Source of the DNA: Verrucomicrobiota bacterium
GTDB taxonomy: Bacteria; Verrucomicrobiota; Verrucomicrobiia; Verrucomicrobiales; JBCCJK01
Assembly (NCBI GenBank): GCA_039027815.1
Contig: JBCCJK010000003.1
Location: 11,603 to 75,602, forward strand
DNA length: 64,000 nucleotides
Direction of reading: 5' to 3'
The position numbers and the translations under genes are program-made. Of the stretch, positions 7,805-17,300 are shown piece by piece. Numbering within the stretch: position 1 is the stretch's first letter; each line of letters begins with the position of its first letter. The notes beneath the pieces were generated by a model that did no database searches, was not told the origin of the DNA, and was given only the letters and a program-made list of their open reading frames with translations.

Positions 7805-9298
7805 ATGGAGGTCTTGCCCAATCTCGTCGGAGGGCAATGGGTCACCCCTTCCGGGGCCGAGACCGTCCCCGTGATGAACCCCTCCCGGGGGGAAGGACTG
7901 GCGCAAGTTCCCCTCTCCTCCCCGGCCGAGGTGGATGCGGTGGTTCAGGCGGCGCAGCAGGCCTTCCCCGCTTGGCGGGAAACCCCTCCCGGGGAACGGG
8001 CCCAGGTCATGTTTCGCCTGAAGGGCCTCCTAGAGGAGGAGTTTGAGGACTTGGCCCGGGGCATCTCGCGGGAGCATGGCAAGACCCTGGTGGAAGCGCG
8101 GGGCGATCTCCGTCGGGGCATCGAAATGGTGGAGTTCGCCTGCGGCGCCCCCACCCTCTTGATGGGGGAATCGCTCGAGAATCTGGCCAGGGGCATCGAC
8201 TGCCAGACGGCACGAGTGCCCCTGGGGGTGGTGGCCGGAATTTGTCCCTTCAATTTCCCGGCCATGGTTCCCCTCTGGATGTGGCCCTTGGCGCTCGTCT
8301 GCGGGAATTGCTTCGTCCTCAAGCCCTCCGAAAAGGTCCCGCTCACCATGCAACGCGTGGCCACCCTCCTGGAAAAAGCCGGCTTGCCAGGGGGCGTCTT
8401 TTCCATCGTGCATGGCGGACAAACCACCGTGGAGGCCCTCCTGGAACACCCGGCCATCGCGGCCATCTCCTTCGTCGGTTCCACCCCGGTGGCCCGCGCC
8501 CTCTACCAAAAAGCCTGCCATCACGGCAAGCGCGTCCAAGCCGCGGGCGGGGCCAAGAATTTCGTGGTCATCCTGCCGGATGCGGACCCCGAAAAAACGG
8601 CCGAAGCCCTTCGCGATAGCTCTTTCGGCTGCGCCGGGGAACGCTGCATGGCGAGTTCGGTGGCCGTCGCGGTGGGCGAGGCAGGCAACCGGGTTCTCCC
8701 GGCTTTAGTGGACCTAGCCAAGGGCATGCAAATCGGGCCGACCGATACCGAGGCCCAACCCGATATGGGGGCCCTCATCACCGCCGCCCACCGGGACCGC
8801 GTCCGCCACCTCATCACCCAAGGCCAAGCCCAAGGCGGCGCGCTCCTAGCGGACGGTCGCGCTGCCAGGGTGGCCGAAGCTCCAGAAGGCTTTTACCTCG
8901 GGCCCACCATCGTCGATCACGTCGACTACCAAAACACCCTCGCCACCACCGAGGTCTTCGGCCCCGTCCTGAGCGTCATGCGCACTCCCACTCTCGCCCA
9001 AGCCATCGCGGCCGCCAATCGCCAAGCCTTCGGCAATGGCGCCAGCATCTTCACCAGCTCTGGGAAGTCGGCCCGCGAATTCCGCCACCAAGTTTCCGCT
9101 GGCATGGTGGGCGTCAACGTGGGCGTGCCCGCCCCTCTCTCCTACTTCCCCTTCACCGGTTGGAACGAAAGCTTCTTCGGGGACCTCCACATGCAGGGCA
9201 AAGAGGGCGTCGCCTTTTACACCAAACAGCGGACCACCACCACCCGCTGGTTCCAAGTGGGCGAAGGAGACATTTGGGTCAAAGAGGGAAGCCGATGA
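7805..9298 (+). CDS. mmsA: CoA-acylating methylmalonate/malonate-semialdehyde dehydrogenase
   Basis: Aldehyde dehydrogenase fold with MmsA-type ICPFNFPAMVPLWM and VLKPSEKVP. 497 aa. Confidence 0.8.
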   Translation: MEVLPNLVGGQWVTPSGAETVPVMNPSRGEGLAQVPLSSPAEVDAVVQAAQQAFPAWRETPPGERAQVMFRLKGLLEEEFEDLARGISREHGKTLVEARGDLRRGIEMVEFACGAPTLLMGESLENLARGIDCQTARVPLGVVAGICPFNFPAMVPLWMWPLALVCGNCFVLKPSEKVPLTMQRVATLLEKAGLPGGVFSIVHGGQTTVEALLEHPAIAAISFVGSTPVARALYQKACHHGKRVQAAGGAKNFVVILPDADPEKTAEALRDSSFGCAGERCMASSVAVAVGEAGNRVLPALVDLAKGMQIGPTDTEAQPDMGALITAAHRDRVRHLITQGQAQGGALLADGRAARVAEAPEGFYLGPTIVDHVDYQNTLATTEVFGPVLSVMRTPTLAQAIAAANRQAFGNGASIFTSSGKSAREFRHQVSAGMVGVNVGVPAPLSYFPFTGWNESFFGDLHMQGKEGVAFYTKQRTTTTRWFQVGEGDIWVKEGSR

Positions 9299-10728
9299 GT
9301 TTGCTGATCAAAAACGGAACCGTCGTCACCAGCGAGCGCGAATTCGTGGCCGATGTCCTCTGCCAGGGCGAGACCATTCAGGCAGTGGGCAGCCACTTGG
9401 AAGGGCCCGCGACCGCCGAAGTCATCGACGCCACGGGCAAATTTGTCTTCCCAGGATTCATCGATCCCCATGTCCACATCTACCTGCCCTTCATGGGGAC
9501 CTTCGCCAAAGACGACTACGCATCGGCCAGCCGCGCCGCGCTCCTGGGAGGCACCACCACTCTCATCGAGATGTGCTGCCCAGCTCGACAGGAAGATCCT
9601 CTCGAAGCCCTCGCGCTCTGGCGGAGCAAGGCCGAAGGGATCTCCGCCTGTGACTTCACTTTCCACATGGGCGTGACCCGCTTCGATGAGCAAACCGCAG
9701 CCCAGCTTCAGGAAATCGTCAAGCAGGGCGTGGCCTCCTTCAAAGTCTTCCTTGCTTACAAGGGGGCCTTCGGGATCGACGACCGCGAACTCTACCAAGT
9801 GCTCCGTCTGGCCAAGGAGTTGGGGGTCATCGTGACCGCCCATTGCGAAAACGCCGACCTCGTGAGCGAACTGCAAGCCGACCTCGTGGCGCAGGGCCGG
9901 CTCGGACCCGAGTGGCATGAACCCTCCCGCCCCGTGCGAGTGGAGGTCGCGGGCTGCCAGCACCTCATGGCCTTCGCCGAACTGACCGGGGCCCATGTCT
10001 ACGTGGTGCATACCAGTTGCGCCGAAGCCATCGAAGCCATCACCGCCGCCCAGCGTCGCGGGGTCCAGGCTTGGATCGAGACCGTCATCCCTTACCTCAC
10101 CTTGGACCGCAGCCACGCCGAGCAAGCGGACTTCGAAGGGGCGAAATTCGTCATGAGCCCGCCGCTCCGGGAAAGCTCGCAGCAAGCTCTTCTCTGGGAG
10201 GCTCTGGCCGAGGGAACGATCGACACCGTCGCGACCGACCACGCGCCTTTTGATTTCGCGACCCAAAAACAAATGGGCCATCCCGATCCGGAAAAAGCCC
10301 TCACAGCGGACTTCTCGCCGCGGGGCGAAAGCGCCAACTTCACCCTCATCCCCAATGGCATTCCGAGCGTGGAAGAGCGGGTCAAGCTGCTCTATTCCGA
10401 GGGCGTCGTCACCGGCAAGATCGATCGCCAGACCTTCGTGCGCACCGCCAGCACGGCCGCGGCCCAACTCTTCGGCCTCTATCCACGGAAAGGCGCCATC
10501 GCCCCGGGCAGCGACGCCGACCTCGTGGTTTGGGATCCAGAATATCGAGGCGTCATTTCCGCAGCCACCCAGGCCATGAACGTGGACTACTCCGGCTTCG
10601 AAGGTCGTGAATTCCAAGGCCGAGCCGAACACGTCACTCTGCGGGGAGAAGTGGTCGTGCGGGATGGCCTCTTTGTGGGTGCCCCCGGGCAAGGCCGCTT
10701 CCTGGCCCGTCCGCCCACTCATTTTTGA
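9295..10728 (+). CDS. dihydropyrimidinase / D-hydantoinase
   Basis: MSLLIKNGTVV...GFIDPHVHIYLPFMGT and SFKVFLAYKG are cyclic amidohydrolase signatures. ATGA overlap with the mmsA stop. The ORF-track start at 9160 lies inside mmsA. Confidence 0.8.
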   Translation: MSLLIKNGTVVTSEREFVADVLCQGETIQAVGSHLEGPATAEVIDATGKFVFPGFIDPHVHIYLPFMGTFAKDDYASASRAALLGGTTTLIEMCCPARQEDPLEALALWRSKAEGISACDFTFHMGVTRFDEQTAAQLQEIVKQGVASFKVFLAYKGAFGIDDRELYQVLRLAKELGVIVTAHCENADLVSELQADLVAQGRLGPEWHEPSRPVRVEVAGCQHLMAFAELTGAHVYVVHTSCAEAIEAITAAQRRGVQAWIETVIPYLTLDRSHAEQADFEGAKFVMSPPLRESSQQALLWEALAEGTIDTVATDHAPFDFATQKQMGHPDPEKALTADFSPRGESANFTLIPNGIPSVEERVKLLYSEGVVTGKIDRQTFVRTASTAAAQLFGLYPRKGAIAPGSDADLVVWDPEYRGVISAATQAMNVDYSGFEGREFQGRAEHVTLRGEVVVRDGLFVGAPGQGRFLARPPTHF

Positions 10729-10775
10729 AGCGTCAGAAAGCAGCGGCCGGTCGTCCCGCTCTCCTCCTTGGCCTC

Positions 10776-10981
10776 ATACCAAGCCGCAGAATTGGCTGGT
10801 AGAATGGCCGAGTGGATTTCGGGCCAGACCAAGGCGCGACGAGGGCGCAGTGCAGGCACCGTAACCGAGAAGCAACGCAGGCCTGGCTCGAAAGACACCG
10901 GCTCTCCCTTCCCCGCGCTTCAGCGCCTCTTCCCCACAACACCTCCCCTCCATTCTAACAGTGAATTCCGGAGGTTGGTAT
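10776..10981 (+). repeat. 206-bp TIR-bounded MITE-like element, copy a
   Basis: Runs from ATACCAAGCCGCAGAATTGGCTGGTAGAATGG to CCATTCTAACAGTGAATTCCGGAGGTTGGTAT. Near-identical to the copies at 37955, 47460 and 49334. Confidence 0.9.
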
Positions 10982-11850
10982 TACGGCGCCACAATGGCTC
11001 CATACATATCCGGGCGTCGATCGCGGTAAAACTGCCACGTATCGCGCACCTCTTGAATGAGCCCGAAGTCAAGCTCCGCCACCAGGAGTTCATCCTGATC
11101 GCGCGAGGCCTCGGCCACAAACTGGCCCCGCGGATCACAGAAGTAACTCTGCCCATAGAACTCTCCAATCTCCCAAGGGCTTTCCACCCCGACCCGATTG
11201 ATGGCCCCCACAAAATACTGATTGGCCACCGCATGCGCCGGTTGCTCAATCTTCCATAAATACTCGCTCAGCCCCGCCACGGTGGCCGAAGGATTGAAAA
11301 TGATCTCCGCTCCATTCAGCCCGAGACAGCGGGCTCCGTCCGGAAAATGGCGGTCATAGCAGATGTAAATCCCCACCTTGCCAATGGCCGTCTCCCAGAC
11401 GGGATAGCCGAGGTTGCCCGGACGGAAATAAAACTTCTCCCAAAAGCCTGGATGACAGTGGGGAATGTGGGTCTTGCGGTATTTCCCGAGGTAGGTGCCA
11501 TCCGCATCGATCAAGGCGGCGGTGTTGTAGTAGACCCCAATGCCCTCGACCTCGTAGACGGGAATAACCAAAACCATTCCCAACCGCTTGGCCGTCTCAC
11601 ACATCAGCTGGATGGTCGGCCCATCCGGCACCGGCTCGGTGATGTCATACCAGCGGGTTTCCTGTTCGGCGCAGAAATAGGGGCCATAGAACAGCTCTTG
11701 GAGACAGAGAACCTGCACCCCTTGGGCGGCCGCTTCCTCGATCAGCTTCATGTGCTTTTCGACCATGGCTTGCCGGATGACTTGGGGATCTTCTCCCCCC
11801 GGGTGCGTGCTGGAGGCCTGGATGAGCCCGCCTTTGATGATTCGTGACAT
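10981..11850 (-). CDS. beta-ureidopropionase (N-carbamoyl-beta-alanine amidohydrolase, nitrilase superfamily)
   Basis: C-N hydrolase catalytic context (LCLQELF, YRKTHIP, ICYDRHFP). Its length and colinearity match eukaryote-type beta-alanine synthase. Confidence 0.8.
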   Translation of the reverse strand: MSRIIKGGLIQASSTHPGGEDPQVIRQAMVEKHMKLIEEAAAQGVQVLCLQELFYGPYFCAEQETRWYDITEPVPDGPTIQLMCETAKRLGMVLVIPVYEVEGIGVYYNTAALIDADGTYLGKYRKTHIPHCHPGFWEKFYFRPGNLGYPVWETAIGKVGIYICYDRHFPDGARCLGLNGAEIIFNPSATVAGLSEYLWKIEQPAHAVANQYFVGAINRVGVESPWEIGEFYGQSYFCDPRGQFVAEASRDQDELLVAELDFGLIQEVRDTWQFYRDRRPDMYGAIVAP

Positions 11851-11903
11851 AGTGGGTTGGCTGTAAGTGTTCTTTCTAATTGAATTCGACCAAGGGGCAC
11901 GGG

Positions 11904-13262
11904 TCAGTCGAGCAACTCGACGAGGGCCGTTTCAAAGACGGCCAGCAGAAAATCGGCGTCCGCTTCACTCAGACACATGGGCGGCTTGATCCGAATGACC
12001 GAACCGAAGAGCCCCCCCTTGCCGACGAGCAAACCCAGCTCCTTGCAGCGTTCGAAGAAGCGCGCGCAGAATTCGGTTCCCGGCTTGCCATCGACCACAA
12101 ACTCCACCCCCAGAATCAAGCCACTCCCGCGCACGCTCGCCAAGACCGGAAATCTCTTTTGGAGCGCTTGCAGTCCCGCCAAGAGCCGGTCTCCGATGCG
12201 TTGGCAGAGCGCCATGGTGTTGTCCCGCAGCATGACCTCCAGGGTGGCCTTTCCTTGGGCCATGGCGAGCGGATCCCCGCCGAAAGTGTTGAAGTGAATG
12301 CGGGAGGCCATCTTTTGAGAGACTTCTTCGGTGGTGACCACGGCGGCCAACGGAAAGCCATTTCCGATGGACTTGGCCATGACCACGATGTCCGGCAGAA
12401 CCTTATAGTTTTGGAAGCCCCAGAAATGGCGCCCGGTCCGACCAAAGCCACTCTGCACTTCATCCGCGATGCAGAGTCCGCCCGCCGCCCGCACATGCGC
12501 ATAGGCATGCTGGAGATAGTCTGAGGGGTAGGTGACTGCGCCTCCCACGCCTTGGATCGGTTCAGCGATGAAAGCCGCCACGTTCCCACTGGTGCCAAAT
12601 TGAATCAGCTCTTGCAGCTCGGCCGCATAGCGCTCGCCCGCATCGGGTTCCTCATAAGGGATCTCCCCCCACAAGGGATGGGGAGCCCGGGCGTGTTGGA
12701 ATCCTGGCAAGGGGGGCACCGGGTATTTCCAGGTGTGATGGCTGGTCAGGGCCATGCCGACCGCGTTGCCTCCGTGGTAGCAATTGCGCAGGGAAATGAC
12801 TTCATGCTGCCCGGTGTGAAGCCGGGCCATGAGGACGGCCAGGTCATTGGCTTCCGACCCCGAGTTCACGAAGTAGACTCGCTTGAGGGGATCGGGAAAG
12901 GTCGAGGCCAAGAGTTCCGCAAACTCCACCACGCCGGGGTGCAAGTAACAGGTGGGGATGTGTTGAGCTAGCCCGCTTTGGGTCGCCAAGGCCGCATTCA
13001 CATGGGGATGGCAGTGCCCGACGCTCACGGTGCAGATGCCGCCAAAGCAGTCCAAGTAGCGCCGCCCCGTCTCATCCCAAACATACTGCATCTTGCCTTC
13101 CACTATCATGAGAGGCTCGGCATAGAGAAGAAAGATGCCTTGGTTGAGAACCTGCTTGCGGCGCTCCATCAACTCGGCCTTGGAAGGACCGGCGTAGGGC
13201 ACGGGCTGGTGCTTACAAGGCGGGAGAGAGGGGCGAGGGGGAGGGGCAGTCGAGACGCTCAT
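11904..13262 (-). CDS. class-III PLP aminotransferase, AGXT2-like (beta-alanine / 3-aminoisobutyrate:pyruvate transaminase candidate)
   Basis: FVNSGSEANDLA, IADEVQSGFGRTG and MAKSIGNG (PLP lysine) motifs. The pathway context supports the assignment. Confidence 0.7.
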   Translation of the reverse strand: MSVSTAPPPRPSLPPCKHQPVPYAGPSKAELMERRKQVLNQGIFLLYAEPLMIVEGKMQYVWDETGRRYLDCFGGICTVSVGHCHPHVNAALATQSGLAQHIPTCYLHPGVVEFAELLASTFPDPLKRVYFVNSGSEANDLAVLMARLHTGQHEVISLRNCYHGGNAVGMALTSHHTWKYPVPPLPGFQHARAPHPLWGEIPYEEPDAGERYAAELQELIQFGTSGNVAAFIAEPIQGVGGAVTYPSDYLQHAYAHVRAAGGLCIADEVQSGFGRTGRHFWGFQNYKVLPDIVVMAKSIGNGFPLAAVVTTEEVSQKMASRIHFNTFGGDPLAMAQGKATLEVMLRDNTMALCQRIGDRLLAGLQALQKRFPVLASVRGSGLILGVEFVVDGKPGTEFCARFFERCKELGLLVGKGGLFGSVIRIKPPMCLSEADADFLLAVFETALVELLD

Positions 13263-13275
13263 GGTGGGGAAACCT

Positions 13276-14367
13276 TCAGATTTGGGGGGCGAGCGAGAGA
13301 CGATCTACTCGCTCGGGGATGGCTTGGTTCAGTTCATCGAGAAGAAGAGAAAGCTCCGTGCTCACCACCGGAGGATGCTCGGGGCAGAGATCCTGCAAAA
13401 GCCGGACCAGCGGGTCCCAAAAACCGCCACCCTCGGGCAGGGCCCGATTGAAAATGAAAATCGGTTTGTCCTTCATGAGGAGATCTCCGTGCGATTTGAA
13501 AATCAAAAGAGCCAGGAGTTCTTGGACCGTGCCCGCGCCACCGGGCAAAATGACGAAGGCATCCGACTGGGCGATCATGACCTCCATCCGAGTGTAGATG
13601 TCATCGCGCAGCCAAAAACTAGAGAGCCCTTCCGGCAAGCCTTCCAGTTCAATGATGTGAGGGACATTCGATCCAGCGGCCCAGCCTCCCGCGGCCACAC
13701 TTCCTTCCACCACCGCGCCCATGATGCCGGAGCTGCCCGCTCCCGAGATGCAGCCAAAGCCATTCTCTGCCAGGAGCCTCCCTAGCTCTCGCCCATCATC
13801 CAGGTAGGTGGGCTCTTCCAGGGTGGCCGAACAAAAGACGCAAACGCTGCCTTTGAAGGCGTCCGGGATGGGGGTGTCAAAAGAACGGGCTTTGATCGGC
13901 CTCTCCAAAGGTTCCCGTCCGGCATCGGGCGGGGTGCGCGCGCGACCGTAGGCCACCTGCTCGAGAGCAGCCTGCGCGGAGTCGGCCAAAAGGAGGAACT
14001 CCTCCGGCTTTTGGCGGACGGTTCCCATGGCGCCCAAATGATGGAGCACGCCCAAGAGGTCATTCCAGGAATCGTCTTCGTTCAAAAGCACGGTCGGCTT
14101 GCCCGCGAGATGTTGGTCGAGCGTTTGGTAACCCACAAAGATGGAAATCGCCTTGAACATGTCTTCGATGCCCGGCTTGGGCGTGAAGAGGAAAGCGTCG
14201 GATTCGATAATCTTCTTCTCAATGTTGCTGAGCGTGATGAGTTGGTCGCCATTGGAATTGTAAATGTCCCAGCCGCCCTTGAAGAGCAGATACAGAAGTT
14301 CGGCGCGAACGCCGCGGGCTGGGTCATTGTCACCGAGAATGGTTCCGGACAATCGGATGGTAGGCAT
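13276..14367 (-). CDS. tandem LOG-fold (TIGR00730 / PpnN-like) nucleotide 5'-monophosphate nucleosidase candidate
   Basis: The C-terminal half has an intact LOG motif (FVILPGGAGTVQELLALL). The N-terminal half is a degenerate copy (SDAFLFTPKPGIEDMFK). The start at ATG 14367 overlaps the xdh 3' end by 38 nt. Confidence 0.55.
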   Translation of the reverse strand: MPTIRLSGTILGDNDPARGVRAELLYLLFKGGWDIYNSNGDQLITLSNIEKKIIESDAFLFTPKPGIEDMFKAISIFVGYQTLDQHLAGKPTVLLNEDDSWNDLLGVLHHLGAMGTVRQKPEEFLLLADSAQAALEQVAYGRARTPPDAGREPLERPIKARSFDTPIPDAFKGSVCVFCSATLEEPTYLDDGRELGRLLAENGFGCISGAGSSGIMGAVVEGSVAAGGWAAGSNVPHIIELEGLPEGLSSFWLRDDIYTRMEVMIAQSDAFVILPGGAGTVQELLALLIFKSHGDLLMKDKPIFIFNRALPEGGGFWDPLVRLLQDLCPEHPPVVSTELSLLLDELNQAIPERVDRLSLAPQI

Positions 14368-17300
14368 GGTCAGTTGGTTTGGGTGAAAGCTTGCTCGGGC
14401 GGAGGGAGCCGATGGCCCGCTTGATGACCTCGGGGGTGAGGGGCGATGGCAACTGTTCGGTCTCCGCGCCAAAGGCGGCCAGGGCGTCCCGCAGCGCTTC
14501 GCGCACAGACAGGGCCAACATGAAGGGCGGCTCGCCGACCGCCTTGCTCCCATGAATAGTGCGGTCTTGGGTCGCGTCTTGCAAGAGGCTGACCCGAAAG
14601 TCGAGCGGCGCATCGCTGAAGGCGGGAATGGCGTAGGTGCTCGCGCTGTGGGAGAGGAGGCGACCCCCAGGATCCCAGGCCAGCTCCTCCGAGGTCAGCC
14701 AGCCGGCCCCCTGGACAAAGCCTCCTTCAATTTGCCCGCGGTCGATCGAGGAACTCAAGGAGTCACCCACATCATGCAAAATGTCCACGCGGCGGAGGTG
14801 TTGCATGCCGGTGAACCCATCGATCTCCACCTCACTCACGGCCGCTCCAAAGGCATAATAGTGAAAGGGTTTTCCCTTCCCGACGGACCAATCCCATTCC
14901 AAGTCAGGCGTGGCGTAAAATCCCGCCGCCGAGAGTTGGATGCGCTCGGTGTAGGCCAAGCCCACCAGCTCTTCGAAGGGCATGGCCGCTTTCCCGCTCC
15001 AGACCCTTCCCTGCGCAAATCGGATCGACGCCTCCTCCCCGCCCAAGCGTTCCGCGGCCAAGGGGGTCAAGCGCGCTTTGAGTTGGGCGCAAGCGTCGGC
15101 TACCGCCATGCCGTTCAAATCGGAGCCCGAGCTGGCGGCGGTCGCCGAAGTGTTCGGCACCTTGTCCGTGCGGGTGTGCATCAGCCGCACGCGCTCGGCC
15201 GGCAGACCCAGCTCTCGCATCGTCACTTGCAGGATTTTGGTATGGAGCCCCTGTCCCATCTCAGTGCCTCCGTGGTTCACTTGGACGGAGCCATCCGCGT
15301 AGAGCAGGACCAAGGCTCCCGCTTGGTTGTAGTGCTTGAGGGTGAAGCTGATCCCAAACTTGACCGGGGTGATGGCCAAGCCACGCTTGCGATAGGGATT
15401 TTCGGTATTCCAGGCGGCCAAGCGCTGGCGGCGCTGCTGCCACTGAGCGCTTTCTAGGAGTTCGCGCCAGATGCGATGGAGACGATTGCCAGCCACCTCT
15501 TCGCCATAGTGCGTGGTGTTGCTGGCCCCGCTCCCGCGGTAGAAATTGCGAGCCCGCACCTTCTCGGGAGGCAGCTTCAAATGGGTGGCCACTCTCGCCA
15601 CGATGTCCTCAATCACCAACATGCCCTGCGGGCCGCCAAAACCTCGGAAGGCCGTGTGGGAGGTGACGTTCGTTTTGCAGACTCTCCCGGTGAAGCGGAC
15701 ATGGGGGATGTAGTAGGCATTGTCGAGATGGAAGAGCCCGCGGTCATTGACTGGGAGGGACAAATCGAGCGACCAACCACCGTCCGAAAAAAGCTCGATT
15801 TTGGCGGCGCAGAGCTGCCCCGTCGCGTCAAACCCCACCCGGTAGCGAGCGAAGAAAGGATGGCGCTTGCCCGTGGACTCCATATCGAGATCGCGGTCGA
15901 GCTGCACACTCACCTTGCGACCGGTGGCCAAGGCTCCCAAAGCGGCCATCGCGGCCCACGGATTCCCTTGCGTCTCCTTACCGCCAAAGCCGCCTCCCAT
16001 TCGAGGGGACTCCACCACGATGTCGTGCCGCCGCTTGCCGAGCACCTCAGCCACGATTGTTTGGATCTCGCTGGGATGCTGGGACGAGCTCTGCACCCAG
16101 AGCCCCCCCTGGTCATCCGGCCTAGCCGAGGCCGCCTGGGTCTCGAGATAAAAGTGATCCTGTCCGCCCAGGGTGACCGTGCCTTCGAGGACCTTCGGCG
16201 CGCGAGCCAGCGCCTCTTCCACGTCTCCTCTTTCGAGGACATGGGGATCGGTGTGAAAGGAGTGGGCGGCCAGGGCCGCTTCGATCCCCAGCACCGGTTC
16301 GCCTTCCTTGCACTCCACCCCCACTTGCTCGGCGGCCAAACGAGCCAACTCGGGCGACTCCGCCACCACCGCCGCCACGATCTGCCCATGGAACTCGATA
16401 TCCCTCTCCGCGAAGAGCGGCTCGTCATGGCGCGCCGGGCCCGTGTTATTGAGCCCCGGCACATCGGCAGCGCTCAAGATCGCTCGCACCCCGGTCATTT
16501 CCTGGGCGGCTTGGGTCTCCAATCGACGAAGCGTCCCGCGAGCGACCGGTGCCCGCACCGGATGAAGAAAGAGCGTGCCCCCTCCCTTGAGCGAGGCATC
16601 TTCCACGTAGAGCGCCTTTCCGGTCACGTGACCCCGGGCCGACTCGTGCGAGGACACCTCCGCTGGCGGACCTTCGAAAGAAGACTCACAAGGCACCTCA
16701 ATCCGATCCCTCTCCCCAGCCACGAACTTGCAAAGGAGTTCTTGCAAAAGCGTGCAGCGAAACTCGGCTGAAGCTCGCAGATCATCCAGCGGGCTGAATT
16801 CCTGCCCCAGGATCTCCAGCACCTCGCCACTGGCCGCGTCCTCGAAGGGCCGTCCCAGGAGCGCCGCCTCCGTCTGGTAAGCCCGGGCGGGCGTGGCGGC
16901 CACTCCCCCAAAGGCCAGCCTGGCCTCCGTCACGAGGCCGCCTTCATCGGTCGCCATGCGAATGGCAGCCGAGACCGCTGAAATGTCCATTTCCCGTCGC
17001 TTGGAGACCTTGTAGAATTCCAAGCGATCCCGAGCCACCCTCGGGAAAGTCACCGAGAGCAAAAGCTCATCCGGCGTCAGCTCCGTCTTGCGGTAGCCGA
17101 GGAAAAAGTCCGCTAGCGGCAGGCTTCGTTCGCCTCTCACCGAAACCAACGTCACCACCGCGTCCAAGGCCAAAAGCACCGGCGCGGAATCACCAATGGG
17201 GGAAGCCGTCACTAGATTCCCGCCGAGAGTGGCCCGATGGCGGATTTGACGCGAGGCGAAGCGACGCAACATCGCCCGCAACGCCGGGAGCTCCTCCCCC

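Noticed and set aside
9217-10722. 501-aa minus-strand ORF opposite the dihydropyrimidinase gene.
   Set aside because: A typical high-G+C antisense shadow ORF. It has no recognisable motifs and is low-complexity (G/A/E/D/V), and the plus-strand protein has clear family signatures.
10733-10942. An apparent small-protein family (MLWGRGAEARGRESRCLSSQ...) recurring at 10733-10942, 37994-38302, 47441-47905 and 49249-49500, plus the opposite-strand ...AELAGRMAEWISGQTKARRGRG... ORFs.
   Set aside because: The similarity exists only because the ORFs cross the 206-bp DNA repeat. They start or end at different places in unique flanking DNA and do not respect the element boundaries. I treat them as a non-coding repeat.
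14552-16771. Plus-strand ORFs of 301 and 431 aa opposite the xanthine dehydrogenase gene.
   Set aside because: Antisense shadows of a 1239-codon gene with unambiguous Fe-S, FAD and Mo domains.
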